Part shown: piece by piece, positions 49,624 through 60,312 of the stretch
Position numbering within the stretch: position 1 is the first letter of the stretch
How the letters are laid out: every line of letters begins with the position of its first letter
Assembly: GCA_010093605.1 (NCBI GenBank)
Contig: MU004200.1
Span: 124,001 to 188,000, forward strand
Length of the DNA stretch: 64,000 nt
Direction: 5' to 3'
DNA from: Lophium mytilinum
Taxonomy: Eukaryota
Program-made: the position numbers and the translations under genes
Notes under the pieces: generated by a model
Databases searched by the model: none
Told to the model about the DNA's origin: nothing
What the model saw: the letters and a program-made list of their open reading frames with translations, nothing else

Positions 49624-50379
49624 CTACTCGCCACCCCCCTCCAACATCGGCCACCCATCACTAGGACGCCCTAGCATAGCCGCCGTTGCGGAAGACAACG
49701 CCGCAATGTCCGCCGCCGGCGGCTTCCAGTTCCGCAGCGGCGGGTCCGCAAGATCGCACACACGACCCTTGCATCCCGCCTGCGATTGCCGCACCCAGTC
49801 GACCCTCAGCATTCCCTTACTCCCGTCCTTGATAGCGGGATAGCCAATCAGCACGTTGCCGCAGTCGGTGGCCCCGAACGCCACGAGGCTCTCGAGGAGC
49901 TCGGTGATTTTGTCGCCGGAGATGCCGCCCTTGGTGTTGTCGGGGAAGACGCACACGCCGCTGAGGTCGAAGAGGTAGTGCTTGTTTCTGTGAGAGGAGG
50001 TTGGTGTTAGTAGCGGGTTCTACGGTAAGGGATAGTGGGAACCGTCGGGGGGCTTACGAGGTGCAGACGATGTGTTGGCCGTCTTGGTATATCATTTCTT
50101 TGTTGATAAGCCTCGAGGCTTCGACGAGTTCGGGCAAGTGGTTGCCGCCTATGGGGAGTAGAGCTGTTAGTGATATTCCTACTAGCCGATTATGTTTCGC
50201 CAATATGGTTGCCACTTACCTTGCGACTTACCGCAGCCATCGTTTTCATCGTCATCGTGGATGACCCTTGGGCTCCATGAGGTGCAGACCATGTCGGTCG
50301 TGCTGAACGAGGCCGCTGCCGCAGGAGCTGCAAACAAGGCCAAGAAGCCGAGAGCGAGGGTGGAAGTTGAGAGATGCAT
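49624..50379 (-). CDS. Secreted KP4 killer-toxin-like protein (204 aa)
   Basis: Signal peptide MHLSTSTLALGFLALFAAPAAA. Exons 50379-50220, 50148-50058 and 49987-49624 (615 nt, in frame) give IYQDGQHIVC...GVCVFPDNTKGGISGDKITELLESLVAFGATDCGNV..GYP..GMLRVDWV..GCKGRVC, matching the KP4-like pattern. Confidence 0.8.
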
Positions 50380-51083
50380 GACTGAGACTGGTTCAAGGGG
50401 GCATCTACGTGTGAAGGTTTGTAATTGTTGCGCTTATAGGTGATGGGAAAACCAAGGGAAACTACCTGCTATCATATGGAAGACGGAAAACTGAAACTAT
50501 ACGTTGCATGATCGGGTACGCGGAGATGAACCATGGTTGAGGTAGGCCCCGACTGCAATCTTTCAACCACATATCTTTTCCTTTCCGAATCAGTGCGCAA
50601 CCTATCGAGCTTTAGTCTACGAATCACACAGACCACGTGCTATTATAGCATGATTAGCCCCACCAAAGACAATCGGGTGCTAGAACCTAGACTCGCATAA
50701 CAACAGAACTGACATCCTCAACGACTGAGGCCCTACTCCCAGAGCAGGAAGCTGCCACGCAGCGCGAATTAAGAGTTGACAGCCAACACAGAACCAAGAA
50801 GTCATGCCAAAGCAATACCACCCTCCCCACGCATCGAGAAGGCCAGCCTTCCCATTCCTCCTTTGTCTTCCACTCAACACAAAGTCCTCCAAAGAATCCG
50901 CTTTGTATTCCACGAACAACACCGCCCAATCCTTTGTTCTCTTATAGATACTATTTGCTTCATACTCATCTCTCTCACCTCAAACGCCCCGTTCCCTACA
51001 CCCCAAAGCAACACGCCCAAGCAAAAGCACCAGTAAACCTCCCACCGGTAACAAACACACATCCAATTGGTTACACCTCCACT

Positions 51084-51416
51084 ATGCCCGACCCCATCCT
51101 CACCTTCCCCGCCCGCGCCGCGCAATCCCTCCTTTCCGACCTCGTCGACGCCGCCGTCGAGCACCACTTCGCCACCACCTACCAGCTCGTCGCCGTCGAT
51201 GCGGTCTTCCAGCACATGGTGCGCTGGCTGCAGCGCGTGGCGTATGACAACGGGACGGTGGTGAAGAGCGTGGAGGAGGTGCGAGAGGGGCTTGCGAGGA
51301 TTGTAGAGGCGGTGGGGAGAGGGGAGGAAGAGAGGGGGGTGTGGAGAGGGGTAGTGGAGGAATTTATGGGGGAGATGGAGAGGAGGTGGGTGGGGAAGAG
51401 TTCAGAGAGGTTTTAG
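51084..51416 (+). CDS. Small hypothetical helical protein (110 aa)
   Basis: ATG 51084; strong third-position C then G bias like neighbouring genes; no family recognised. Confidence 0.55.
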   Translation: MPDPILTFPARAAQSLLSDLVDAAVEHHFATTYQLVAVDAVFQHMVRWLQRVAYDNGTVVKSVEEVREGLARIVEAVGRGEEERGVWRGVVEEFMGEMERRWVGKSSERF

Positions 51417-52265
51417 AAAAGGGGAATTATGATGGCTGGGCTGTGGAGGGGTTGCGTGCTTGCGGCTTTGATGTTGAGGATTAGGCGATGAGAGCTCAGG
51501 CTTGGTCTTGAGGCCGTGATGCAAGGGAGATGTATTGATGTGAGAAAGAGGTTAATTGCGTGAGGACGATGCGAGTGTGGTTTGAACTTGGACTACTCTC
51601 TGTACTTCTTGCAGTTGGTACACAGATCTGGAAAGATAAGGAGGTTAATACTCAACTCACAAGGTACAGTAACAGGCCAGGACCAGAGTCCAGAACGGGG
51701 CTTTATCCCAAAATAACAATTGCTACGGTTGTATAGCAGAAAGGAACGCTGCGAGACCGAACTTATATCTATTTAAAAAGGGAAATCAAAGTTGTATAGG
51801 TGTGGGGCGTGATAGACGAGGCTCGCGTGGAGGTAGTTTCTTATTTCCGTTGGGCTTAAGCTTCGTAGGCCGAGCGCAAAACAGCAGCAATTTCGATGCG
51901 CCTTTCTTAACACTGGCAGCTCTCAAGAACGGCTTTATTCTTCTCATCTTTCTGACACGAAATGCTACTCAGGATAGCCATGCCTTCTTTCGAAAACCGA
52001 GTAAATTGACAGTTATAAGAGTGTTTCTTACTGGTGAGTCCCTTATATTCAATATCCCCTTTGGACGACGGAGTGTAGCACATGCGGACTATAATCCATG
52101 ATCCAGAACCGACTTTGACCCCGTACAAACTATTTATTTTCTCTGTGCCTCTCAGAACCTCACAACTCCAGCTGACCAGCCCTCCTACTATTTAGCATCC
52201 ATCATCTATCAACTACACTAAAAAACCTACTACCTCCTCTCTAAACCCTACCTACCGCCCTCACA

Positions 52266-52893
52266 ATGGGCCTCCCCGCCCCCCTCGAACACCTCCTCGG
52301 CCGCCTCCTCATCTCCCAAAAAGGCCACGACACCGGCCTCCTCAGCAACACCCCCGCCTTCACCGCCCACCCTCTCCCCACCATGCCCCTCACCTCGCCC
52401 GACTGCGGCCCCTCGCACTCCCCCATGGCCGACCTCTACACCGGCTACGGCGCCGACCGCTTCCCCGCCCTAACCTGGGACCTCCCCCCCTCCCTCACCG
52501 TCGTCGCCGAATACGTCCTCATCATCGAAGATCCCGACGCCCCGCTCCCGTGGCCCATCACGCACGGCCTGTTCTACGCGATCCCGGGCGCGCGGACGGC
52601 GGTCGCGCACGAGGACCTCGGCGTGCGGGAGGTGGTGGGGGGGAAGGAGAAGCATTTGGAGGGGGGGTTCGGTTGGGGAAGAATATTAGGGGCACGGTTA
52701 TGGGGGCCCGAAGCCGCCGTTGGGGCATGGCGTGCATCGGTACCATTATACGCTGGTGGCGCTGCGGGCGCCGTTGGATGTTGGGGGGTTGGGGGCGGTG
52801 GCGACGAAGGCGGAGATTGCGAAAGGGATCGAGGGGAAGGTGGTCGGGTGGGGGGTGTGGGTTGGGTTGTATGAGCGGAAGAGGGGGGAGTGA
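52266..52893 (+). pseudogene. PEBP/YbhB-YbcL-family protein with two 1-nt frameshifts (pseudogene or assembly error)
   Basis: FPALTW, YVLIIEDPDAP, HGLFYAIP in frame A; LGKNIRGTV in frame B; YGGPKPPLGHGVHRYHYTLVAL...GWGVWVGLYERK in frame C. Confidence 0.8.
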
Positions 52894-53742
52894 GAGGGGT
52901 GCGGGAGTGAGTTGATAGGGATTTGATTTTGATTGTTTTGGGGAGAGGATGGTGGTGGTAGAGGGGGACACTGAGGGTTTTTTATAATCGGGAGTTGTAA
53001 TGGGGTAATTGCACTTACTTTTGATGCTTGCCTGTTTACCTTGAGATAACAAACTTTTAAATGTCTCTCTTGAACGTAATCCGGGTTCCTCCGATTCTGA
53101 TCCGCTTTCCAACCAGTTTTTAAATGATGGGCTGTGTTATATGACTTTTAGAGGTCGGGGGGACTTGGTACGTTTCGCTGAGCATCAACATCTTCATTGA
53201 TCAGCTATATCACAGAGGACCAAGATAGTACCGCTGCTAATTAGGGAAGAGTCTTTTTCGAGTGTCAACTTAGACAATACACAGCCTGTAGAAGAGACGT
53301 CGATGGTGAACTTGGAGAAGACTGCGAGAGCCGACAACGTACAGACGATACGGTTGCCGGTCACGTGCAACTCGGGCATCTAATTTGGCCTTGCATACTC
53401 AACTACTGCTCGCTCCTATCGCACCTGACCTACGATCCACAATCCCTGTTCTAGCGTCAAAGATGGAAGGACAGGAATTAAGGAGAATGCAGAGCAATCG
53501 TGGGAGACCCATTCGTAGCTCCCGTCCCCATAGTGTGCTTAGCGGAGACCCTTTTCCGGAGATCCCCCGCACCCTGCCCACAAAGGAGGTGCATTCGCGG
53601 AGTCGGGTAGGGGCAATTCCTAGAGCACGCGTGTGTTAGGGAAGCATTAAATAGCAGTATGGCCAAATACCCTCCAACGCCCGCGTTGGGCGCGTGAGGC
53701 CAGAACCACATCATCGAAACCGCCTCACCCAAAATCCAAACA

Positions 53743-54901
53743 ATGCCGCCAACCTCAAAACCCTACCCCAAATTCACCGACCTCCCACTTGACGCTTCGC
53801 ACCCGCCGCACACGGCATGGGGCCTTTACGGCATGGATGATGAGCTCGGCACGCTGAACCAGCTGACACCCGAGCGCACCGTCGCGGCCGCCGCTGAGAT
53901 TAAGACGGGGCTGCGCTTCGGGCTGAACTGGGGGCTGGAGCAGATGGATTTCACGGGCGAGCCGGCGTTTCGGGAGGTGCTGAAGCATGAGATTTTTGAG
54001 ATAGGGAAGAATATGCATGTGAGTGCCTTGCTCTAGGAAAATTGTAGAGAAAAGCGGAGGTGGAGGAGAATGAGAGTTGATGATTCAGCGAAATCGGTAG
54101 GATGATCGGATCACCTTCAACACCCAAACGAGCACCCAGTGGGATGGCCTCCGACATTGGGGGTTCGATGACGGGACGTTCTACAACGGGTTTACGCAGA
54201 AGGAGTTGCTGAGCGGGAAGACGGATAGGCTGGGTATCCACGGTAAGTGGGAGAAGTAGCTCATCTGTGGATCGAAGTCCATCCTTGCTTTCCGCTGACT
54301 TCCCGCATAGCGTGGGCGAAAGCCGGTATCGTGGGGAGAGGAGTACTGCTTGATTTTGTCTCGTACGCCGCACGGAATGGCATCAAGTATGATCCGCTGG
54401 ACCACTACGCCGTGTCGCTAGCGGTCGCGAAGGAGATGGCTAAGGAGTGCGGGTTTGAGTTTCGGGCTGGAGATATCATCCTTCTACGGACAGGTGAGGA
54501 ATATGACTGGCTAGGATTTCTTGAGAGCTGACTAACCTTCAGGCTTTACGACTGCGTTTGAGAATGCATCGCTTGAGGAAAAGAAGCTCGTCATGGCGAA
54601 GAAACCATTCGGGTATCCAGGTTTCGAGAGCACTTTCGAGGTAATCGAGTGGCTATGGGATACGAATATCGCTGCCGTGGCAGGCGACTGTCCGGGATTC
54701 GAAGCGTGGCCGCCGACTAAGGATATGATGCATCAGATCTTGCTTGCCGGATTTGGTATGCCCATTGGCGAGATGTTTGCCTTAGATGACTTGGCTGCAG
54801 AGTGTGAGAAGCAGAAGCGGTGGACATGCTTCGTAACGAGCGAGCCACTGAACGTTAAGGGCGGTGTTGCGAGCCCACCCAATGCTTTGGCTATAATGTA
54901 A
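53743..54901 (+). CDS. Cyclase-family (kynurenine formamidase-like) metal-dependent hydrolase
   Basis: AWGLYG.DDELGTLN, FNTQTSTQWDGLRHW, GIVGRGVLLD, GDIILLRTG, AAVAGDCPGFEAWP, GMPIGEMF, GGVASPPNALAI. Three introns. Confidence 0.9.
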
Positions 54902-55304
54902 ATGAATGACAAAATGGAGGAAATATCAACAAACAATATGCAAGCGAAAATGCTGTGTGGGACCCACCCGAGCCATACCGAATATCTTTATTCATTCCGC
55001 ATGACGAATATCTACTGAGTATATCCAATCTGCACTCGTGGAGCAGACACCTCTGAGTGCGCCAAACTCCCGCTTGCTTCCAGTATCATATCGTACAGTT
55101 CCAGTCCCAACGCAAAAAGCAAAGCCAATGGTATTATACAGTCCGTGGCATACCCAATGCGAGCCCGTAGAATGACTAGAGCCCGTGTGCCAAGTCTGAG
55201 TATATATCCTAAGATGAAGAAAGAGAAAGAAAGGGAAGGCACAGAGATAATATGTATAAGAGGCTCGGAATCAGGTTATAGAAATCCAGATATCCGTGTT
55301 TCGT

Positions 55305-57703
55305 TCATTCGAAAGCCCCAGGAATAGTGATGCTTAGTCGATCCCCTTTTTTGCTTGGACTCGTTGATCTAGACAATGATGTCGATGTCGCTACCGTCTG
55401 TGTAGTTTTTGGTTCCGGATCTGTCGTCTCTACCGGTAGTTTTGGCTCTATCGTCTCCATCGGTAGTGGTGGCTCTATCGTTTCTACCGGTGGTGTTGGC
55501 TCTATCACCTCTACCGGTGGTGTCGACTTTTCATCATGAGTGGTCTCCTGTGACTGAACCTCACCCAACTCCATCCTCTGCAAACTCCTCCTGACTTCGT
55601 TATGAAGCTGCGCCTCTGCCTCTTTTTCAATCCTCTTTTCTTCCTCGGTGTCGAGTTTCTTGTCCTCAGTAGCCTCGAGCACCGTCTTACCAATGGATAC
55701 CCTCTTTCCCTTCTCCACACCCGTAAAAGGATCCAGCTCTTTCGGACTCGGCTTCAGCCCGCCGCCCGTAACATCCCTCACGTCAACTGTCTCGTCCGCT
55801 CCCAGCTCTCTCACCATCTCACTGCTGTCACTTTTCCTGCCAGCTATCCCCCTGCCATGCGCGAAATGTGGACTCCGAGGGCTGTCCCTCAACGGTATAA
55901 AACTCGGCACCACCCCACCCCCAAGTCGTGACCAGAACATTCTTTCCCGGAGTCGCACGCTCTCCTCCCACGCTGCCTTTTTTTCCTCTTCCGTCTCCGC
56001 ACGCCAGTGCCCGTTCTGCACCATACGCAGAAAGCCGATATAATCACAGCTCGTCCGTACCCGCGTAAGGCAGTAATCGCAGAGTGGGTAGCGCTGGGCG
56101 TCGTCTGCCTCGCTCGTTCGGAAGCGGAATTTGCGCACATACTCGTCACCTTTTCGGTTCTCGCCGCAAAGAGAACAGGGAAAGACAGGCCCGCGGAACT
56201 TGGGGATAGGAGGGTGCGGTTCTACGACCAGCGACCCAACTGTCATGGATGTGAGGACGGTGCGGCGCGCGAGCCAGGAGATGCCGGGAGCCACGTCGAG
56301 GCGGAGGGTGGGTTCGATGTCCTCGGCTACAGCTCTTTTGTAGAATTTGGCGTCCTTGAGGGGTGTGGATATGAGCGAATCGCGGGGAGAGCCGGTGGAG
56401 CCGAGACTTGGAGAGTTATTGGCGGAGGGAAGGGAGGTGGTGGAGCCATTCTGTGTGAGGGAGCCGAGTCCCATGACGTTCAGGCCGCCGTAATTACCAC
56501 TTGCGGCGCGGCTGCTGGGGGCCGACGCGCGGGCTGTGCGGAGCATTTCTTGGAACTCGCGGTAAGACACGGTGTCGGAGCGGAGGACGGGGTGGATAAG
56601 GTGGGAGAATCTTAATGGGTGGTCTGGAGGGATATCATCGGAGCCGGGGGTGTTAGGTGTAAGGTTTGCAGCCTCAAAAATCCGGTTCATCTTGTCCTGC
56701 GGTGCGAGCCCTGGTGTTGATGGCGCGGTGGAGATGTGTGTGTTGGTCTCCGTTTCGCCTTCGGAGCTCATCTGCTGCATTACGGCCTTGAGATCTTGTA
56801 GCTGTTCCTGGTGGGACCTGAGTAGGACTTCGGTATCGCTGATTTGCTGCTTCAGCGACTCATTTCGCTTTTCTGCATCTTCTGTCTTTTTCCGCGCATC
56901 TGCGACCATCTGCGATCTGTGAGACGTGATCACGTAAGTTGTGTTGCCAAACTTACCTCATTAGCCTCTGTGAACAACGCCGTCGTCAGCTGTTCCAGCT
57001 CAGACTCAATCCTCCGCTTCTCCTTGTCCACAGCAGCCTTCATCTGCCGCTCATCTGCCGCCTCTTTCCTTAACCTCGCCTCCATCTTATCATAATCGCC
57101 CCTGCTAACCAACAGCCCCTTCTCAATCGCCTCGTTATGATCCTTATCGGACGCTTCTAGCACCTTCAGCCGCTGCCTTGCATTCTCCAACTCATGCCTG
57201 CACTCCTGCAGCGAATCATCCAGCCTGGTCTGCGTGTTTATCGAGTTTATCAGCTTCGTACTCAGCGCTGCAACCTCATTGCTTAGGTCTGGATGTTGGC
57301 TCGCTCTCGAATCGGTGGAGCCGCTCCTCGAGACTGCGATAATGGGGCTGGGCGTTCGCGGATCCGGAATTGTATTCAGCACCTCGCTCTCGGGATGGAA
57401 CACCGACGTCAACGGGCTCGGGCTGGCGACGGTCGCGGCCATCCTGGCGATATTCGGTGTCGAGGTGGATTTGGTGAGTTTGTTTGGGCCGTTTTGCTTG
57501 GGCACAGGGGAAAGAGAGCGCAACTGGGCCTGGCGGGAGGAGCTGGTCAGGCCATTGGAGACGCCCCAGTGGCCAGAAAAGTACCTAAGCAGCGTGAGTG
57601 AGTGTTTGCAGCGTGCAACGGCGGGTGTTGTGAATTTCTAAAGCTAGGCGGGCTGTGCTGGGGGTGCAACAATATCGGGACCGGTGACGACGTACTCAGC
57701 CAT
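55305..57703 (-). CDS. SEC2: Rab GDP/GTP exchange factor Sec2
   Basis: Coiled coil IESELEQLTTALFTEANE|MVADAR; FYKRAVAEDIEPTLRLD.APGISWLARR; CSLCGE..YPLCDYC..RVRTSC..RLRERMFWSRLG. Short first exon MAE at 57703. Confidence 0.9.
55417..55523 (-). repeat. 27-bp coding minisatellite x4 in the Sec2 tail (PPVE[T/V]IEPx)
   Basis: GGMTCTRTCRYYTCYAYCGGTRGTDKT-type units at 55417, 55444, 55471 and 55498. Confidence 0.85.
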
Positions 57704-58707
57704 TCGAGCCACGGGCGGCCGACCAGGTGTCGGCGGCTACGTGCAGCAGCGGGCGGCGCGGCAAAAGAGGGTCGGGGCGTGCAGCAGTGCAGCGAAGAAT
57801 GGTGGTATCAAATGGGCTGGGTGAATAGCAGCATCGTGGGCGGAGGAGGAGCTCTGGGGGTCGTGCAGGGCGTTGACAGGAAGGTGGAGATGGAGATGGA
57901 GATGGGATGCACCGGCTTGAGTTGCATGACATGGCATGGGGCGGCATTCTTGGTTGCTTGTGCTGGTCAAAGCAGCGGCACAGCCAATCGGCGTCCAGGC
58001 CTATTCCCGTCTTTCATATCGCGCCGCACGCAGCCTTGATCCGCAAGGCGGTTAATACTCCCATAATAGTGACACCCGCAGCATCATTCACTATGCCAGA
58101 TCCGAGCCTCGACGTCTGGAGGCACAGACGACCCCGTCGCCAAAGTCAGCTGGGCAGCAAAAGAGACACCACAACACAGTAGTCTCGCCCTGCCGTGCAA
58201 GCCGAATGCAATTCATGCAAGCCTCGCCGGCCCGAATCATGCTATCTCGCCGTTATTTTCACGTGATCTGGGCCGTTACTGCCTAGATTCTCAGGCACAG
58301 ACGCAATCAAGTGTCTGGACTCTCAAGAGCATCCCAGAACGATCGAGAGCAGCTCAGGTAATGATAGATTATTTGCATCTTTATTGTTGACCTAATTGGT
58401 TTCAAGAGGACGGACTAGTTCGCGTCCAACGACGCCGAATGGCGCGTAGAGCAGTTGCCGATCACGAGCATATTCTAATATACAGGGCATAATTCAGTAA
58501 AGCCTCCAATCCAGCAAGACGGCAAGCAGCCCAACCCCAAACGCCGATCGCGAAAGCCCAGTGAGAAGACGCAGATAGAACCCGAGAGCACGTCGATAAG
58601 GAAAGTAAGGTAGCCAGGGGCGTAGATTCCGAGAGATAGTTGCGGTAGATGAACGGGATGACCATGTGCGCAGATTGAGTAAACGCAACATCCAGAGCCA
58701 GGCGTGA

Positions 58708-59643
58708 CTACATCTCCATGACGACGTCCTCCATCGTTGGGATGTCTTGGGGAGCCGTCATGCTCATGATCTGCGATGGTTCGGCAGCAGCAGACGGAGG
58801 AGTGCGCGGGCGCGATACGATGCGCTCGCCTTCAACGGCAGGAATTGGTCCCGCCATGAGGTTGCTGACGGTCCTTTGCAGAGACCATCCAACGCGTTGG
58901 CACCATTGAAGACTGTCGTCAAAGAGCCAGTAGCCTTGCACGCCGCACTCTTTTGCGCGTACCAAGTACGCCGACAGTGCTTCGCTCTGCAGCATGATCA
59001 GAGGCTCGGTGAGGTCGAAGTGGTTCTCGATGACTCTCGAGTAGGCACGCGCCGCGTCGCGTAGGATGTCGTTGGTCATGATGTTCTTCCAGCCGATGCC
59101 GAGCGACGTAATAAGGGCGTCAACCGTGTTGCCTTTCTCGTCGATGATGTTCTCGGCCGGATGTCGCGTAGGTGAGGTGGGCATGTCGACGGCGGAATCA
59201 AGACGCTGAGACTTGCGCGACATGGCAATGGGCCTCACGGCGGGTGCTTTCTCCGTGTCGAGCTTATCTTCGAACCAGGTGCCGGTTTGCGATTCGGCAG
59301 TGATGTTACGCTCAGGCTCGTCGAGATAGATCAGCGTCATGCCAGGGCCGTAGACGGGCGCAGCCTTGGGCTTGACAGGCAGCTGGCGCTGGACGGCGCC
59401 ATCTGGGGAATTCTCTTCCGGGTCGTCGACGTCGGCGATGGACCGCTTGCGTCCTGCAGAGGAATTGGAGACGGCAGCGAGGTAGTTGATCGAGGGCGGA
59501 GTTGGATACTTGGGTCTAAACTTGCCCATGCTTGAGGATGGTAGCGGCTGATGATGGGCAGGTTTGAAGTCGGCAAAGTATTGGGATGGCTGCTGCGGTG
59601 GTAGCACGACGGTAGGTGAAGAGGCAAGGTAGTTAAGACCCAT
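58708..59643 (-). CDS. Conserved ascomycete hypothetical protein
   Basis: Intronless ORF with strong codon bias; motifs GRKRS, PVYGPGMTLIY, AESQTGTWFE, RKSQRLD, LGIGW, IENHF. Confidence 0.8.
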   Translation of the reverse strand: MGLNYLASSPTVVLPPQQPSQYFADFKPAHHQPLPSSSMGKFRPKYPTPPSINYLAAVSNSSAGRKRSIADVDDPEENSPDGAVQRQLPVKPKAAPVYGPGMTLIYLDEPERNITAESQTGTWFEDKLDTEKAPAVRPIAMSRKSQRLDSAVDMPTSPTRHPAENIIDEKGNTVDALITSLGIGWKNIMTNDILRDAARAYSRVIENHFDLTEPLIMLQSEALSAYLVRAKECGVQGYWLFDDSLQWCQRVGWSLQRTVSNLMAGPIPAVEGERIVSRPRTPPSAAAEPSQIMSMTAPQDIPTMEDVVMEM

Positions 59644-60312
59644 TATCACTGCTTGTCAGTAGTCAAGAAAGGGGTAGGTGAGTTAGGTATAGACACGGGC
59701 GACGGCACGCGATTGAGTCGGCAAGAGGAGAAGAGCAATGGGGGCCGCGGTGGAGCTGAGCGACAGGAAGGTCGAGCTTGGTGAGAGATGAGAGGTGAGG
59801 GGTGGCTGGGATGGAGGACGACGGGAGTGATGAAAGAGGAGAAGAGGAGACGGAGCAAAGAGTGTATGAAGGGCGAGCAAAGAAGGCTCTAGGTGAACGG
59901 TGGAGAGTGTGGCTGCGGGAGGGCTTGGAGAGGGCTTGGAAGACGGAGTGAAAGATGCTCGAGAGGAGGGCTGCCATTCGTTCTTGTAGAAGCCGCGATC
60001 TGGATCACGAGGGAGGCTGGCTAACTGCAAGCGGGCTGGGCAGAGTGCCAAGAAGCAGGGGTCCAGGACGACTGCATTGCCGCGTAATTATGCGTAATTT
60101 ACTGTAATTAAATACTACGGCATACGATATCTCAGCCTAGTTGTCGTCCGCCGTAGCTGCTCGCCAATTTTTGAAAATACGCGGCGGAGGGACCGACGCG
60201 GTCAGTGGGGGAGCTTCAACTATACATCTGCATCCACGCTCCTGTACACCTCTATTCGACACCCTTCTCTCTTTGATACCCAGTACGTGATCCGAGAGGA
60301 CCAGCCGCAAAC

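Noticed and set aside
22887..54901. Starship element or secondary-metabolite cluster
   Set aside because: No DUF3435 tyrosine recombinase, PKS, NRPS or terpene synthase, and no element boundaries seen.
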